Source: Spirochaetia bacterium (lineage in GTDB: Bacteria; Spirochaetota; Spirochaetia; CADAEX01). Taken from it: a stretch of 64,000 bases of DNA. The stretch's first letter is position 1. Each line of letters opens with the position of its first letter. The notes under the pieces are model-generated. The model worked only from the letters and a program-made list of their open reading frames with translations. It searched no databases and was not told where the DNA came from. The translations under genes were made by a program, and so were the position numbers. Positions 9,839-19,971 of the stretch are shown here, piece after piece. Location: positions 39,137-103,136 of the forward strand of contig CAXXHA010000028.1 of assembly GCA_963662265.2 (NCBI GenBank). Reading direction: 5' to 3'.

Positions 9839-10849
9839 ATGACTGATAAAACTAAACTGCTTATTTTAATTATACTGATTTTTTCCGCATCCATACTTCA
9901 GGCAGAAAACAACAACCTGCCTTTTGATCTTGATGCGCGTTTTTCCTTTTCAACAAATGATGAAATTACATATTCAGACCAGTATCAGCTTAAAGCTGAA
10001 CTTGAGTTTCAGTTTCCGGTAACTGAAGATTTTGAATGCGAACTTGAACTTGAAGCAGATAAGTATGAAATAGATGTCGAAGAAGTATTCTTCCGGTTTA
10101 AGAGAGACGGATATGATATCCTTGCAGGAAAATATTCGAATACACTTCTTTTAAGTAATATTCTAAGCAGCAAAAAAAATCCGCTGGCATTCGGAAGCGC
10201 AACAGACAGGCTTCTCGTGGATATGAGCTATATCAATCATGCAATAGGCGCCGGAATAGAAGCAGATGAAGTTAATTATTTTTATTTCAATATTCAGTCA
10301 ATAGAAGCCCAGTTTTTCGAGCCTCAGTTTAACGGCGGGTACCTGTATCAGTTTTCAAACAAGATATGGGCAGGACTTACAGGATGCTATTTTCCTTTCT
10401 TTATAAAAGACAGCTATATCGGAGACTTTGATAATGTTGAAAATAATTTTCTGATAAATGCTGTTACCTACAAACATGAAGGTTTTCTTGTATATGGAAG
10501 CGAAGTAACATTCGGAAAAAATATTGAAGATCCGATAGGAATACTTAATTCCGGTGTAAATTCAGACAGGGAATATTTCCTGGGAGGTGACTTCTATGGA
10601 GGAGTAAGAGTCTATGCTGAAAAAACAGAGCTTATTCCTCTTTTAAGAACTTCCCTGCTGTTTCCTGATACAGAAGATTTAAAATGCAGCCTTATTGAGA
10701 CAAGTTTCAACAGCAAGATAGGATTCAGTGAAAATGTAAGACTTGATTTTGCGGCAGGACTTCAGATTAAGACTGAGTATGATTATAAGGAGGACCTTAT
10801 AACTTCACTCGACCCGCTGTGGAATATTGGGTTTAAGGTTTTTATATAA
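9839..10849 (+). CDS. Outer-membrane beta-barrel/porin-like protein (copy 1)
   Basis: Sec signal (ILQA), amphipathic strands, C-terminal WNIGFKVFI; paralog of 12106..13131. Confidence 0.7.
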   Translation: MTDKTKLLILIILIFSASILQAENNNLPFDLDARFSFSTNDEITYSDQYQLKAELEFQFPVTEDFECELELEADKYEIDVEEVFFRFKRDGYDILAGKYSNTLLLSNILSSKKNPLAFGSATDRLLVDMSYINHAIGAGIEADEVNYFYFNIQSIEAQFFEPQFNGGYLYQFSNKIWAGLTGCYFPFFIKDSYIGDFDNVENNFLINAVTYKHEGFLVYGSEVTFGKNIEDPIGILNSGVNSDREYFLGGDFYGGVRVYAEKTELIPLLRTSLLFPDTEDLKCSLIETSFNSKIGFSENVRLDFAAGLQIKTEYDYKEDLITSLDPLWNIGFKVFI

Positions 10850-10994
10850 TAAGAAGTCTTTTTCTTTACTTGAATTGTTAAGGAACACATCATTTGCTGT
10901 TAATTTCTTATAAACAGGCAGACTTATGTCTCTGAATTCTAATTATTAGATGATATTTCTGGTTCCTGTTTAATGCAAAAACAGATACTTATGT

Positions 10995-12113
10995 TTATGG
11001 AATATGAGGTGCAATTTTTGCAGACCTCTGGTCGATGAAATCATCAATATGCTTTTTCATTTTCTCAAAATCATCTATATCATGGTAAAAAACCGGATCA
11101 TGTTTTACAGCACTTTTTGATTCATTATAATACTTCTGAACAACAGATTTTAAATGACCAAGAAAAGCATTATCAGTTCTGAATTCTGTCATTGCATTCT
11201 CATAATCTGTCCTGACAGAAGGTATTTCCAGAATCCTCTTTGTCAGTTCATTGTGACCGTAAAAATCGCTGAAATCAAGATCCATTCCAAGCTCATTATC
11301 CCAGGGAAGAATAATCATTTTTCCATAGTTATAAATATAATAATTCTGAATTGTAGTATCTGTAACACCGAAAAAATCATGTACAACCATATACCGGATA
11401 AAATCATCAAGCTCAATATATGTTTTTACCCAGTTCTCCCATTCAGAATCAGACATTGTTTTAACATTATAAACCAGTGCCTCGAGAGATGAATAGTTAT
11501 CATCATCCGGGAATTTCTTCTCGCTTCTGGAATACAGCGGAGTCTCACTGTATGATTCAAGATGAACCTTGAAAAGTTCTGATTCAGATCCCTTCCTGTA
11601 TGACTCAAGAGAGTCCTGAGTATATATATCAACCTTTGAGTAGTAACCGATATATTCATCATTTACAAATAGGGCAGATGCTTCTGTTTCAGGAGCAGCG
11701 GTTAGAGCTGTCCCCTTGTATTTGTAGTTATTGTAAGCATACATCACGATCCGGTTTTTCATCCAGGTTCCGGCTTCTGTCATCAACGCAAAGGGAACCT
11801 CTTCACCGTTTGAGTCAATCAGTCGAAGTGTATAGTTTTTCTTGGGTTCAGTCCTTGATGTATATCCTCTGACCCTCATAAGAGCATCAGCATGTTTACC
11901 GCCTATAACAGTTCTGCAGGGGACAAAATTCTCTTCAGGTTTTGATGCAGTATTCTGGAATTTTACAAGGTTTTCCTCTGTAAACAGCGATTCAATTTTA
12001 AGAACATTTCCAATATCAGGTTCTGCAAAATCATCTGTACCGATAAACTGGCCGCAGGAAAGAATAGAGAGAAACAAAACTGTAAATATTGAAAATGATA
12101 AAAATCTAGCCAT
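10995..12113 (-). CDS. CotH kinase family lipoprotein (copy 2)
   Basis: Lipobox SILSC; MRVRGYTSRTEPKKNYTL, FVNDEYIGYY, DTTIQNYY and ILPWDNE. Confidence 0.88.
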   Translation of the reverse strand: MARFLSFSIFTVLFLSILSCGQFIGTDDFAEPDIGNVLKIESLFTEENLVKFQNTASKPEENFVPCRTVIGGKHADALMRVRGYTSRTEPKKNYTLRLIDSNGEEVPFALMTEAGTWMKNRIVMYAYNNYKYKGTALTAAPETEASALFVNDEYIGYYSKVDIYTQDSLESYRKGSESELFKVHLESYSETPLYSRSEKKFPDDDNYSSLEALVYNVKTMSDSEWENWVKTYIELDDFIRYMVVHDFFGVTDTTIQNYYIYNYGKMIILPWDNELGMDLDFSDFYGHNELTKRILEIPSVRTDYENAMTEFRTDNAFLGHLKSVVQKYYNESKSAVKHDPVFYHDIDDFEKMKKHIDDFIDQRSAKIAPHIP

Positions 12114-13131
12114 TTATAATCAGTGTTACACTCCACCGCCATTCCAGCTTTGTCTTTAATTCATTATCGCCGTATGTATCATAACGGGTTATAAATCCGG
12201 GACCTCCGTCTACATGAAGCTTTACATTTTCCTTGTAGCTGAGCTGGTTTGCAATAAGAACATCAACAAACCGGCATTCAAATTCCGATACAGCAGGCTC
12301 AAGAACTGTTGTTCTAATCATCGGGATCCAGTAAATTGAATCCTTCTCTTTAATTACAAACCTTAGTCCTGCATGAAGATCGAGTCCGAGAAATACCGGG
12401 TAATCATTATTAGGCTTATGATTGATAAGTCCTAAAGGGGTTACAAGATTGGATCCTGCGGTAAACTCTGCTCCGTAAAGAAAACTTCCTGTATAATCTG
12501 TATAAACTAAATCAACAAGAAAGTTGTGAATATTTGAATAAGAATCCTCGCCGTCCCATGCATCATGATTTATAAAAGGATAGTAGGAGGCAAAAATACC
12601 TGCAAGCTTTAGATCATTCTTTTCCCTGTTAAGTAATCCGAAGTTGAGCTGCGGTTCAAACTGGGACGGGATATAGATGAAATGGCCGAAATAACTTATA
12701 TCATCCTGTTTCCTGTTTTTTCTTTCATATTTGAATCCGACAGATCTTGCAGTATATCCCTGTCTTTGTATTTCTCTTGTTACAATATTTGTCCTTGCAA
12801 AAAGAGAATCAAAATCACCCAGATATTCATCCAAAGTAAGATCATTACTGAATTTTCCGACTTTAATACAGTTTTTTCCGTCAATGCTGAATCTTGCAGA
12901 TAATTCTTCAACATCAACTTCTCTCTTATCAAGCTCTGTCTTAAAAATAAGCTCAATATCATCAGTTGCGGGGAATTTTATTCTGAGATCACCTTTTATA
13001 TCATAGAAATCATCTACAGTAAGATCATCGTTAGTTGTGATTTTCAGCTCGGGATCAAATTCCGGTTCTGCCGCTGTTACAAAGGAAATAGAAATAAGTA
13101 ATATAATAATTATAAGTGCTGTCTTTTTCAT
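12106..13131 (-). CDS. Outer-membrane beta-barrel/porin-like protein (copy 2)
   Basis: Sec signal (VTA-AE), amphipathic strands; its stop overlaps the start of CotH copy 2. Confidence 0.7.
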   Translation of the reverse strand: MKKTALIIIILLISISFVTAAEPEFDPELKITTNDDLTVDDFYDIKGDLRIKFPATDDIELIFKTELDKREVDVEELSARFSIDGKNCIKVGKFSNDLTLDEYLGDFDSLFARTNIVTREIQRQGYTARSVGFKYERKNRKQDDISYFGHFIYIPSQFEPQLNFGLLNREKNDLKLAGIFASYYPFINHDAWDGEDSYSNIHNFLVDLVYTDYTGSFLYGAEFTAGSNLVTPLGLINHKPNNDYPVFLGLDLHAGLRFVIKEKDSIYWIPMIRTTVLEPAVSEFECRFVDVLIANQLSYKENVKLHVDGGPGFITRYDTYGDNELKTKLEWRWSVTLIING

Positions 13132-13200
13132 ACAGTAAAAATATACAGGGAAATTGATATTCTGTTAATAGGATTATTTTAAAGAGAACTATCTATAAAC

Positions 13201-14256
13201 CTATTTTACCAAAACTTTGAAAGAAGAGGTTGATTCATCAATACCGCAAAATCCAATTGCAAGGTTATTTTCCAGCTTTATATATCCCTTCCTTCCAGCT
13301 GATATTTCTCTTATACTAATAGGCCGCCTATTTGTATATAATTTACAGTTTGTTATATTAATAGAAACTGGTAACGAATTACTACTCAAATTAGCAAAAT
13401 AACAAAGTATTCCTGGCCCAAAATTGTATCGCAAAACACAACTGTCAATTATACAATTAATAAGTCTCTGATTATCATTATTTGGTTCAAAGTCTATACC
13501 TGCAGAAGGGAGGTGTGTTCCTGTATTCTCTATTATACAGTCTTTAATTAAAATATTTTCACCACTGATAATAGAGATTCCCTGCCGATAATGACCGGAA
13601 AGCAATATATCTTCAATTATAATATCTTTACAAAAATTTACTAAAGATTCTTTTCCGGAAGATCCAATATAAATTCCATCCCCTCCGCTATCTTTAATAG
13701 ACAGGCCCTTAATTGTCACATTTTTGCAACTTGTAAAAGAAAGACAATGTCTCCACTGCCCTTCTTTATAAGGAGGATATGTATAATCAGCTCTATTCAT
13801 CCGTAATTCAGCACCAGATCCATATAGGTGTATATTCTCTTTATCAATTGCACTTATTAATTTATCCCCACTGTTCTTAAAACTCTTTTTTTTTGCTGTA
13901 ATTACAACGCCGCGATCAAAAAAAATAATTGTATCAGATTCAAGAAATAGAGGCTCTGTTACCCAAGGTCTACCTATATTAGTTATCGAAATAAAATCAG
14001 CTCCTGAAGATAAAGCATTCTGAAGAACAAAAGTATCAGAAAGGTTTTTATTCTGCATATAATCTTCATCAAGTAGCCACCATTCAGCAAGCGCATAATT
14101 GATTTTTCCAGCTTTTAAAAGTGATATATGATATGCATCATAAGAAAAAACAGAAAAAGAAATCAGTTGAAACAGAAATATTAAAAGACTCTTTCTATAT
14201 TTAATTATTAATAATTTATAGAGTTTAATAATTCTGTCTTTAGCAATAATTAACAT
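13201..14256 (-). CDS. Right-handed parallel beta-helix protein (pectate-lyase-like fold), probably secreted
   Basis: SGGDGIYIG, YRQGISIISGENILIKDCIIEN and AGIDFEPN repeat pattern; signal-like N-terminus. Confidence 0.8.
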   Translation of the reverse strand: MLIIAKDRIIKLYKLLIIKYRKSLLIFLFQLISFSVFSYDAYHISLLKAGKINYALAEWWLLDEDYMQNKNLSDTFVLQNALSSGADFISITNIGRPWVTEPLFLESDTIIFFDRGVVITAKKKSFKNSGDKLISAIDKENIHLYGSGAELRMNRADYTYPPYKEGQWRHCLSFTSCKNVTIKGLSIKDSGGDGIYIGSSGKESLVNFCKDIIIEDILLSGHYRQGISIISGENILIKDCIIENTGTHLPSAGIDFEPNNDNQRLINCIIDSCVLRYNFGPGILCYFANLSSNSLPVSINITNCKLYTNRRPISIREISAGRKGYIKLENNLAIGFCGIDESTSSFKVLVK

Positions 14257-14297
14257 TTAATATAATTATTATACAAACAGATAATAAAATAAAGGAT

Positions 14298-14332
14298 AAA
14301 AAAACCTGAAATGCATAATTTCAGATCAGGTT
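14298..14332 (-). terminator. Terminator ending the minus-strand glycan operon
   Basis: Minus strand aacctgatctgaaattatgcatttcaggttttttt, 45 nt after the stop of 14377..15327. Confidence 0.6.
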
Positions 14333-14376
14333 CTCAGAGATTAAGAACAAACACTTAATGTTTATAATCGAGAATT

Positions 14377-15327
14377 TTACAGGAATTCCGCTTTTATAGT
14401 TTCTGCAAGAGCCTCTTCAATTTTAACAGGTGCATTATAACCTGTCTCTGAAATAAATGAAGAAGTAAAATGAGAATCAGAACAGAATTTCTTTACCCTG
14501 ATTACACTTATAGGGAATTTCTTTCCTGTAATCTTTGAGAGAAGATCAAATACAGAAGCACCTGCAATCCCCAGCCACATTGGAAAGTGTATTCCTGAAT
14601 ACTTTCGCCCAAGGGAACTGTAAACAGTTTCAACAAGAGAATTCATATCAAAATCAGGCTTATCAACATAATTACAGACAATATATCTCTTTTCAAAAGA
14701 TAAAAGATGTTCAAGAAATGCTGCAACATTTTCAACATATGCCATTGATTTCTTATTATTACCCTTACCAACCATAAGAAATTTTCCAGAAGCAATCTGT
14801 CTTAGAAGGTTATAGACATTTCCCCTGTTACTTTTACCGAAAACAACTGAAGGTCTTATGATCTGAAGTGAATTATCTTCTGACTTTTCAAGCCAGGCTC
14901 TGTATACTTTTTCAGCCTCATATTTTGTTCTGCCGTACTCATTAAAATAATTAAAACTGCCGCGTTCATCTGTTTCTCCAACAGAATTACCATAGACAGC
15001 AACAGAGCTTGTAAATATAATTTTTTTAATTCCGTTAGCCTCAGCTGCGTCACAGACATTGGAAGCTCCATCAACATTGACTTGCTGATACAGTTCAACA
15101 GGGGTTACATTGTCCTTATGCTCTGCTGCAAGATTAATTACAACTTCAAAACCATTAAGAAGCCGGATAAGGTCATCTTTATCAAGGATATTAACCTTAA
15201 TTGTTTCATTAGGATAAGTACTGCTAATTTCCTTATCAAAAATTGTAAAATCAATATTATTTTTTTTAAAATTTCCAGCAAGTACAGTTCCAATAAAACC
15301 ACTTCCGCCAATCAATGCTATTTTCAT
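14377..15327 (-). CDS. gnu: GlcNAc-PP-undecaprenol 4-epimerase-like NAD-dependent epimerase
   Basis: LAAEHKDNV, FTSSVAVYG, YGRTK, NRGNVYNLLRQIASGKF and KSMAYVEN closely follow E. coli Gnu as I recall it. Confidence 0.78.
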   Translation of the reverse strand: MKIALIGGSGFIGTVLAGNFKKNNIDFTIFDKEISSTYPNETIKVNILDKDDLIRLLNGFEVVINLAAEHKDNVTPVELYQQVNVDGASNVCDAAEANGIKKIIFTSSVAVYGNSVGETDERGSFNYFNEYGRTKYEAEKVYRAWLEKSEDNSLQIIRPSVVFGKSNRGNVYNLLRQIASGKFLMVGKGNNKKSMAYVENVAAFLEHLLSFEKRYIVCNYVDKPDFDMNSLVETVYSSLGRKYSGIHFPMWLGIAGASVFDLLSKITGKKFPISVIRVKKFCSDSHFTSSFISETGYNAPVKIEEALAETIKAEFL

Positions 15328-15348
15328 CAGTCACTCCTGAACAGTTTT

Positions 15349-16449
15349 TTATTTAGTAATATATTCGAGAAATTTACCAATAAGATAATCCCAATTAAAA
15401 TAATTTTCAGCCCGAGATTTTCCATATTCGCCAATATTTTTAGAAACTTTTTTATTTTCTATTAGATATGCTATCTTTTCTTTAAGATCTTCAACAGAGT
15501 ATGGATCAACAAGATAACCGCTTTTACCATCTTCTATTGCATCAATAACCCCGCCTGAACGACCTCCAATCACAGGTTTATTATATAAATTAGCTTCTAA
15601 AAATGTGATCCCGAAACCTTCAACATCATTATTAGATAATATTCTGTTTGGCATCACATATAAATCACATAGCTTATATAAAACTTTTTTTTCTTCATCT
15701 GTTACAGATCCAATAAATAAAATATTTGTTAATTGCATGGATTTTGCTAATTTTTTTAATTCATTTAAATAAGGACCTTCTCCTGCAATTATATATGTTA
15801 TTGGTTTTTTAATAAGTGATAAGGCAGAAATTGTTGTATCCAAGCCTTTTCTCTCTACAATCCGGCATAACGACAGTATAATAGTTTTTTCTTCATCAAT
15901 ATGATACCTGTCAATTGTTGTCCTGTATAATTTTTCATCATAAGTATCATCAGCTACTACACCTGGATTAAGTATAAAAGTTTTTTTTCTTTTTACACCT
16001 TTATTAACAACAACTTCCTGTGTATAAGAACTGTTACAGATTACTAAATTAGAATGTTTTAATGATATTTTTATTTTTAACTGATTATTATTTGTATCTG
16101 TTATTTCAAGACCATGAGCAATTAAACATAATTTTGAACGAAGCAATTTGCTTAATATAAAAGATTTATCCCAGTCACTGCCACATTTATTAACAATAAT
16201 ATAGTCAAATCGGTTTTCAGGTTTTATATTTATAATTTCCTGAAAAAAATTATTCTTAATTCTATATATTTTATATCCGGCATTTAAATCAAAACTTTCT
16301 GAATCATCCACAGTTCTTGATACTACCAGAACATTATGCCCTGCATTTTTCAAAGATAATGCCAGATTATGCGTATATTCAGCAACTCCGCCTACAGAAG
16401 GTTTAAAATCTCTTGTTGCAACTATTAAAAAACTTTTTTCATTATTCAT
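15349..16449 (-). CDS. Glycosyltransferase family 4 (PimB-like)
   Basis: PSVGGVAEY, RIVERKG and VEGFGITFLEA. Confidence 0.9.
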   Translation of the reverse strand: MNNEKSFLIVATRDFKPSVGGVAEYTHNLALSLKNAGHNVLVVSRTVDDSESFDLNAGYKIYRIKNNFFQEIINIKPENRFDYIIVNKCGSDWDKSFILSKLLRSKLCLIAHGLEITDTNNNQLKIKISLKHSNLVICNSSYTQEVVVNKGVKRKKTFILNPGVVADDTYDEKLYRTTIDRYHIDEEKTIILSLCRIVERKGLDTTISALSLIKKPITYIIAGEGPYLNELKKLAKSMQLTNILFIGSVTDEEKKVLYKLCDLYVMPNRILSNNDVEGFGITFLEANLYNKPVIGGRSGGVIDAIEDGKSGYLVDPYSVEDLKEKIAYLIENKKVSKNIGEYGKSRAENYFNWDYLIGKFLEYITK

Positions 16450-17606
16450 TTGGGTATACCTAAAATAAAATCAGTTAATTCTTCCAGATCTTCGAGTTCT
16501 CTTTGTCTAAGATTTTCAGCATGCTCTGGCCCCTCAGCTATAAGTTTTCTTCTCAGTTTCTCATCATATACTACCTGCAGCATTCTGTTTTTGATTTCCC
16601 GTATTGAATAAGGATTAAAATATAGAACCTTGTCTTTTTGCAGTTCAGGAATAGAATTTATAGAAGAAGCAATAACAGGTGTTCCATATTTCATGCAATC
16701 TATCGGAGGATATCCAAATCCTTCATTTAAAGTTGGGTAAATAAAAGAAAATGCATATTTATATAACGTCTCAAGCATATTCCTGTCAACATAATCAAGT
16801 ACAATAATTTTATCAATTCCTTTAACCATCTTTCTGTTTTTTAAACCTACCACTACCATCTGGTAATCAAACTCTTTAAACTTATCAACTATTTGTTTAT
16901 ATGCTATAATTGCTCTATATGCATTTTTCTCCCACCGATTGGCGCTTATTATTAAGAAATATTTTTTTTCTTTAATACCATACTGTGTTAATAAATCTTC
17001 ACTATACGGATTTTCAATACTTAATGGAGGAGCATAAAACTTTAAAACCTTATCTTTTTTTAGTTCAGGATATTCTTCTATTACAGAATAACGGCTGTGG
17101 TTTGAAACAGTAACTACATAAAAATTCTTAGATGAATGAAACAGCTTTTGGAACTCTTCATGCCTGTATTTTAAATATGGCTTGCGTAAATATTTTTTAA
17201 CAGCATATTTAAGATAATCTTTTATTTTAACTGCATATTTTAATTCATAAATATCATTTGAAAGCTCAAGAGGGCGTAGTCCATGAATAGTTAATATATA
17301 TTTTGTATTTATCGATAATTTCTTGAACTTAAGAGGCAATGCTGAATAGAATACATCTATTTCATAATTATCTATAATTTTTTCAATTTCTTCAATATTT
17401 TTTATTTTAATTATTTTGTAAGCTTTATGAAATAATTTTGTAACTTGTTCATCAATATATTTTTTATCATCATATATACAAAATATTTTATTTTCTGTAC
17501 TTTTATCAATTATTTTTTTAAAAACTTCTTTGGCATATTCTCCACCACCATGATACTTGGCATTTCCAACAGGCTGTGTTGCAATCAAATCAAACAGAAT
17601 ATTCAA
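16446..17606 (-). CDS. Glycosyltransferase family 4
   Basis: HGGGEY, RWEKN and YPTLNEGFGYPPIDCM. Confidence 0.88.
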   Translation of the reverse strand: MNILFDLIATQPVGNAKYHGGGEYAKEVFKKIIDKSTENKIFCIYDDKKYIDEQVTKLFHKAYKIIKIKNIEEIEKIIDNYEIDVFYSALPLKFKKLSINTKYILTIHGLRPLELSNDIYELKYAVKIKDYLKYAVKKYLRKPYLKYRHEEFQKLFHSSKNFYVVTVSNHSRYSVIEEYPELKKDKVLKFYAPPLSIENPYSEDLLTQYGIKEKKYFLIISANRWEKNAYRAIIAYKQIVDKFKEFDYQMVVVGLKNRKMVKGIDKIIVLDYVDRNMLETLYKYAFSFIYPTLNEGFGYPPIDCMKYGTPVIASSINSIPELQKDKVLYFNPYSIREIKNRMLQVVYDEKLRRKLIAEGPEHAENLRQRELEDLEELTDFILGIPK

Positions 17607-17626
17607 ACTATATGCTCCTTTATTTA

Positions 17627-18577
17627 TTATCCTGCTTTATTTAATAGTATATGCAGTAATTTTTTTATTTTTATCACACTGCTGTATTTGATAAAAAAAG
17701 ACAATCCTTCAATATAATTCAACATATTTAAAGGTCGATTTTTTACAGATTTAATAAAATACCAGAATGCAGTTTTTTTATCGGCTAGCAATATATATTC
17801 CCTGCATAAAGTTAAATTATGACTATTAAGAATTCTATTAATTTCTTTTTTTGTCAGTAAATTAAAATGATTTTTTTTAATTTCAAGAAGGTATTCCCTT
17901 CCTTTAATAATTTTCTCGTTAGTGTTAATTCTTTCTTCATCATGGAGATAAACTGAAGTCAGTATTTCATCAACATAATCAACTTCGTAACCATTTAAAA
18001 GGATCCTTAGAACAAGATCATATTCTTGCCCGCAGATGAGATCCCGGAATCCATGGACCTCTTCAACAATATCTTTTTTAAAAAGCATTGTTGATGTAAT
18101 AGCAATATTCCTCAACAATTGATACTTAACTGCATTCCCCCGAACATTAGCTACACTGTATCTCAGGATTTTATCATTATCATCAAGGTAATTGTTTTTA
18201 CAATAAACAATTGCAAGTTTTTCATTATCTTTTTCTTTAAAAAGATTAACCTGTTTTTCAATTTTTGTCGGAAATAGATAATCATCATCATCAAGAAATG
18301 ATATGAATGTACAAGAAGCATATTTTAAGCCAGTATTTCTTGCGGCTGGAGCACCCATGTTTTTTTCATGTTTTATATATTTTATTCTTTTATCAGTTAA
18401 CAATACTTCAACAGCGGCTTCTGTATTTTTTCTTTCTTCAGAACCAGGATTATTATCATCAACTATTATTATTTCAATATTTGTAAATGTCTGCCTGAAA
18501 ACACTCTCAACAGTTTTTTTAAGCCTTTCAGGTCTCTTATAAGTAGGAATTACAACAGTAACTTTATCCACGTACAA
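17627..18577 (-). CDS. Glycosyltransferase family 2
   Basis: VVIPTYKR, IIVDD, ARNTG and FLDDDD. Confidence 0.9.
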   Translation of the reverse strand: MYVDKVTVVIPTYKRPERLKKTVESVFRQTFTNIEIIIVDDNNPGSEERKNTEAAVEVLLTDKRIKYIKHEKNMGAPAARNTGLKYASCTFISFLDDDDYLFPTKIEKQVNLFKEKDNEKLAIVYCKNNYLDDNDKILRYSVANVRGNAVKYQLLRNIAITSTMLFKKDIVEEVHGFRDLICGQEYDLVLRILLNGYEVDYVDEILTSVYLHDEERINTNEKIIKGREYLLEIKKNHFNLLTKKEINRILNSHNLTLCREYILLADKKTAFWYFIKSVKNRPLNMLNYIEGLSFFIKYSSVIKIKKLLHILLNKAG

Positions 18578-19970
18578 CCTTCTTTATTTTTTTGAAATTA
18601 TCAATAATTTCATTTTTATATATAAAAACAAATACTACAAACGGAATTATCTGCTGATATTTAAACCCCGAATAATCAAGTATACATGTAGCAATAAAAA
18701 GCAGAACTGAAGAATATATTTTTATCCAGTTGATTCCATATTTATAATATTTATCTGCAATATGAGACCTTAAAATGAAAAATACAATATAAGAAAAACC
18801 TATTGATATAGATGCTCCCCATATACCATATGCTTTAATAAATATATAATTTGATACAATATTCACTATTAATACAATAAGTGTAATAACAACATGCCAG
18901 TAAGTTTTTTTGGCAAAGTTGATACCTACAACAGTAATTTCCGATAAAATATTCATTACAGGAACAAGCAAAAGAAATGGAATCACAAAAACAGCATTGC
19001 TGTACTCTGCAGAGATAATCTTAATTATTATATTTTTAGAAAAGACAACCATATACGCAAAGAAAAACATTATAAAAGTCATCAAATTAGCAACTTTTTT
19101 ATAAAAATATTTATTATCCTCTTTTTCAAATTTTTCAAATGCTACAGGAATCCAGAAAGTTTGAAATGTTGTCTGAATAATTTTTAAAGCACCTACAATT
19201 TTAAATCCGACACTGTAAATACCAAGGTCTTCAAAAGAACAAAGTGATCTAATAAATATTTTATCTGTGCTTTCAAAAACAAAATAAAGTATCTGTGACG
19301 GAATAAAGGGGAGTCCGTATAAGAAAAGGTTTTTAAAACTAATATGTATTTTTCTGAAATTTTTCAGCAAACTGATCCAGTATTTTCTGCTGAAATAAAA
19401 TCCTGTCAGCATTGAACCGAATATACTTAAAATATAAGCAATAACTATAGAATCATAACTTTTTGATACAAACATCGTAAGAAAAATAGCTATAGATGTA
19501 TTCAATAATGCCTGAACAAAATTCAGTATTGAACAATGAATTCCTTTCTGCTGCATTCTTAAAACCAGAAATACATATCTGTAAATTATAGAAAATAAAA
19601 CAGCAACAAAAAGCATTATAAAAACTTTTAAACTGTAATTTTCAAATAAATAAGAAGTAATTTCTTTATAAAAATTTACAGAAATAATAAAAGTCAGAAG
19701 CAACAAAACAACACTGTAATTTATTGCTTTAAAAATTATTGCCTTTTGAGTTAAGTCATCTTTCTCATAAAAGACCCTCATAAATGAAGCATCAAGTCCC
19801 ATTAACATTATAGTAAGAAGTATTTTATGAGCCAGAATAAACATGGATGACTTACCCAGTTCATCAGGCAGAATCAGCCAAGTCAGTACTGGAACAAGAA
19901 AAATATTAATAACTGCTGCGAAATAGGATCCTATAGAAAATGAAAAATATTTTTTTACTAATTTAGACAT
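18564..19970 (-). CDS. wzx: Wzx-type oligosaccharide flippase
   Basis: About 12-14 TM helices; YGLPFIP...TDKIFI...LGIYSVG MOP-family pattern. Confidence 0.85.
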   Translation of the reverse strand: MSKLVKKYFSFSIGSYFAAVINIFLVPVLTWLILPDELGKSSMFILAHKILLTIMLMGLDASFMRVFYEKDDLTQKAIIFKAINYSVVLLLLTFIISVNFYKEITSYLFENYSLKVFIMLFVAVLFSIIYRYVFLVLRMQQKGIHCSILNFVQALLNTSIAIFLTMFVSKSYDSIVIAYILSIFGSMLTGFYFSRKYWISLLKNFRKIHISFKNLFLYGLPFIPSQILYFVFESTDKIFIRSLCSFEDLGIYSVGFKIVGALKIIQTTFQTFWIPVAFEKFEKEDNKYFYKKVANLMTFIMFFFAYMVVFSKNIIIKIISAEYSNAVFVIPFLLLVPVMNILSEITVVGINFAKKTYWHVVITLIVLIVNIVSNYIFIKAYGIWGASISIGFSYIVFFILRSHIADKYYKYGINWIKIYSSVLLFIATCILDYSGFKYQQIIPFVVFVFIYKNEIIDNFKKIKKVVRG

Positions 19971-19971
19971 A

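Noticed and set aside
6322-13131. Sporulation or spore-coat locus suggested by CotH
   Set aside because: The proteins are lipoproteins beside outer-membrane barrels; no sporulation genes are present.
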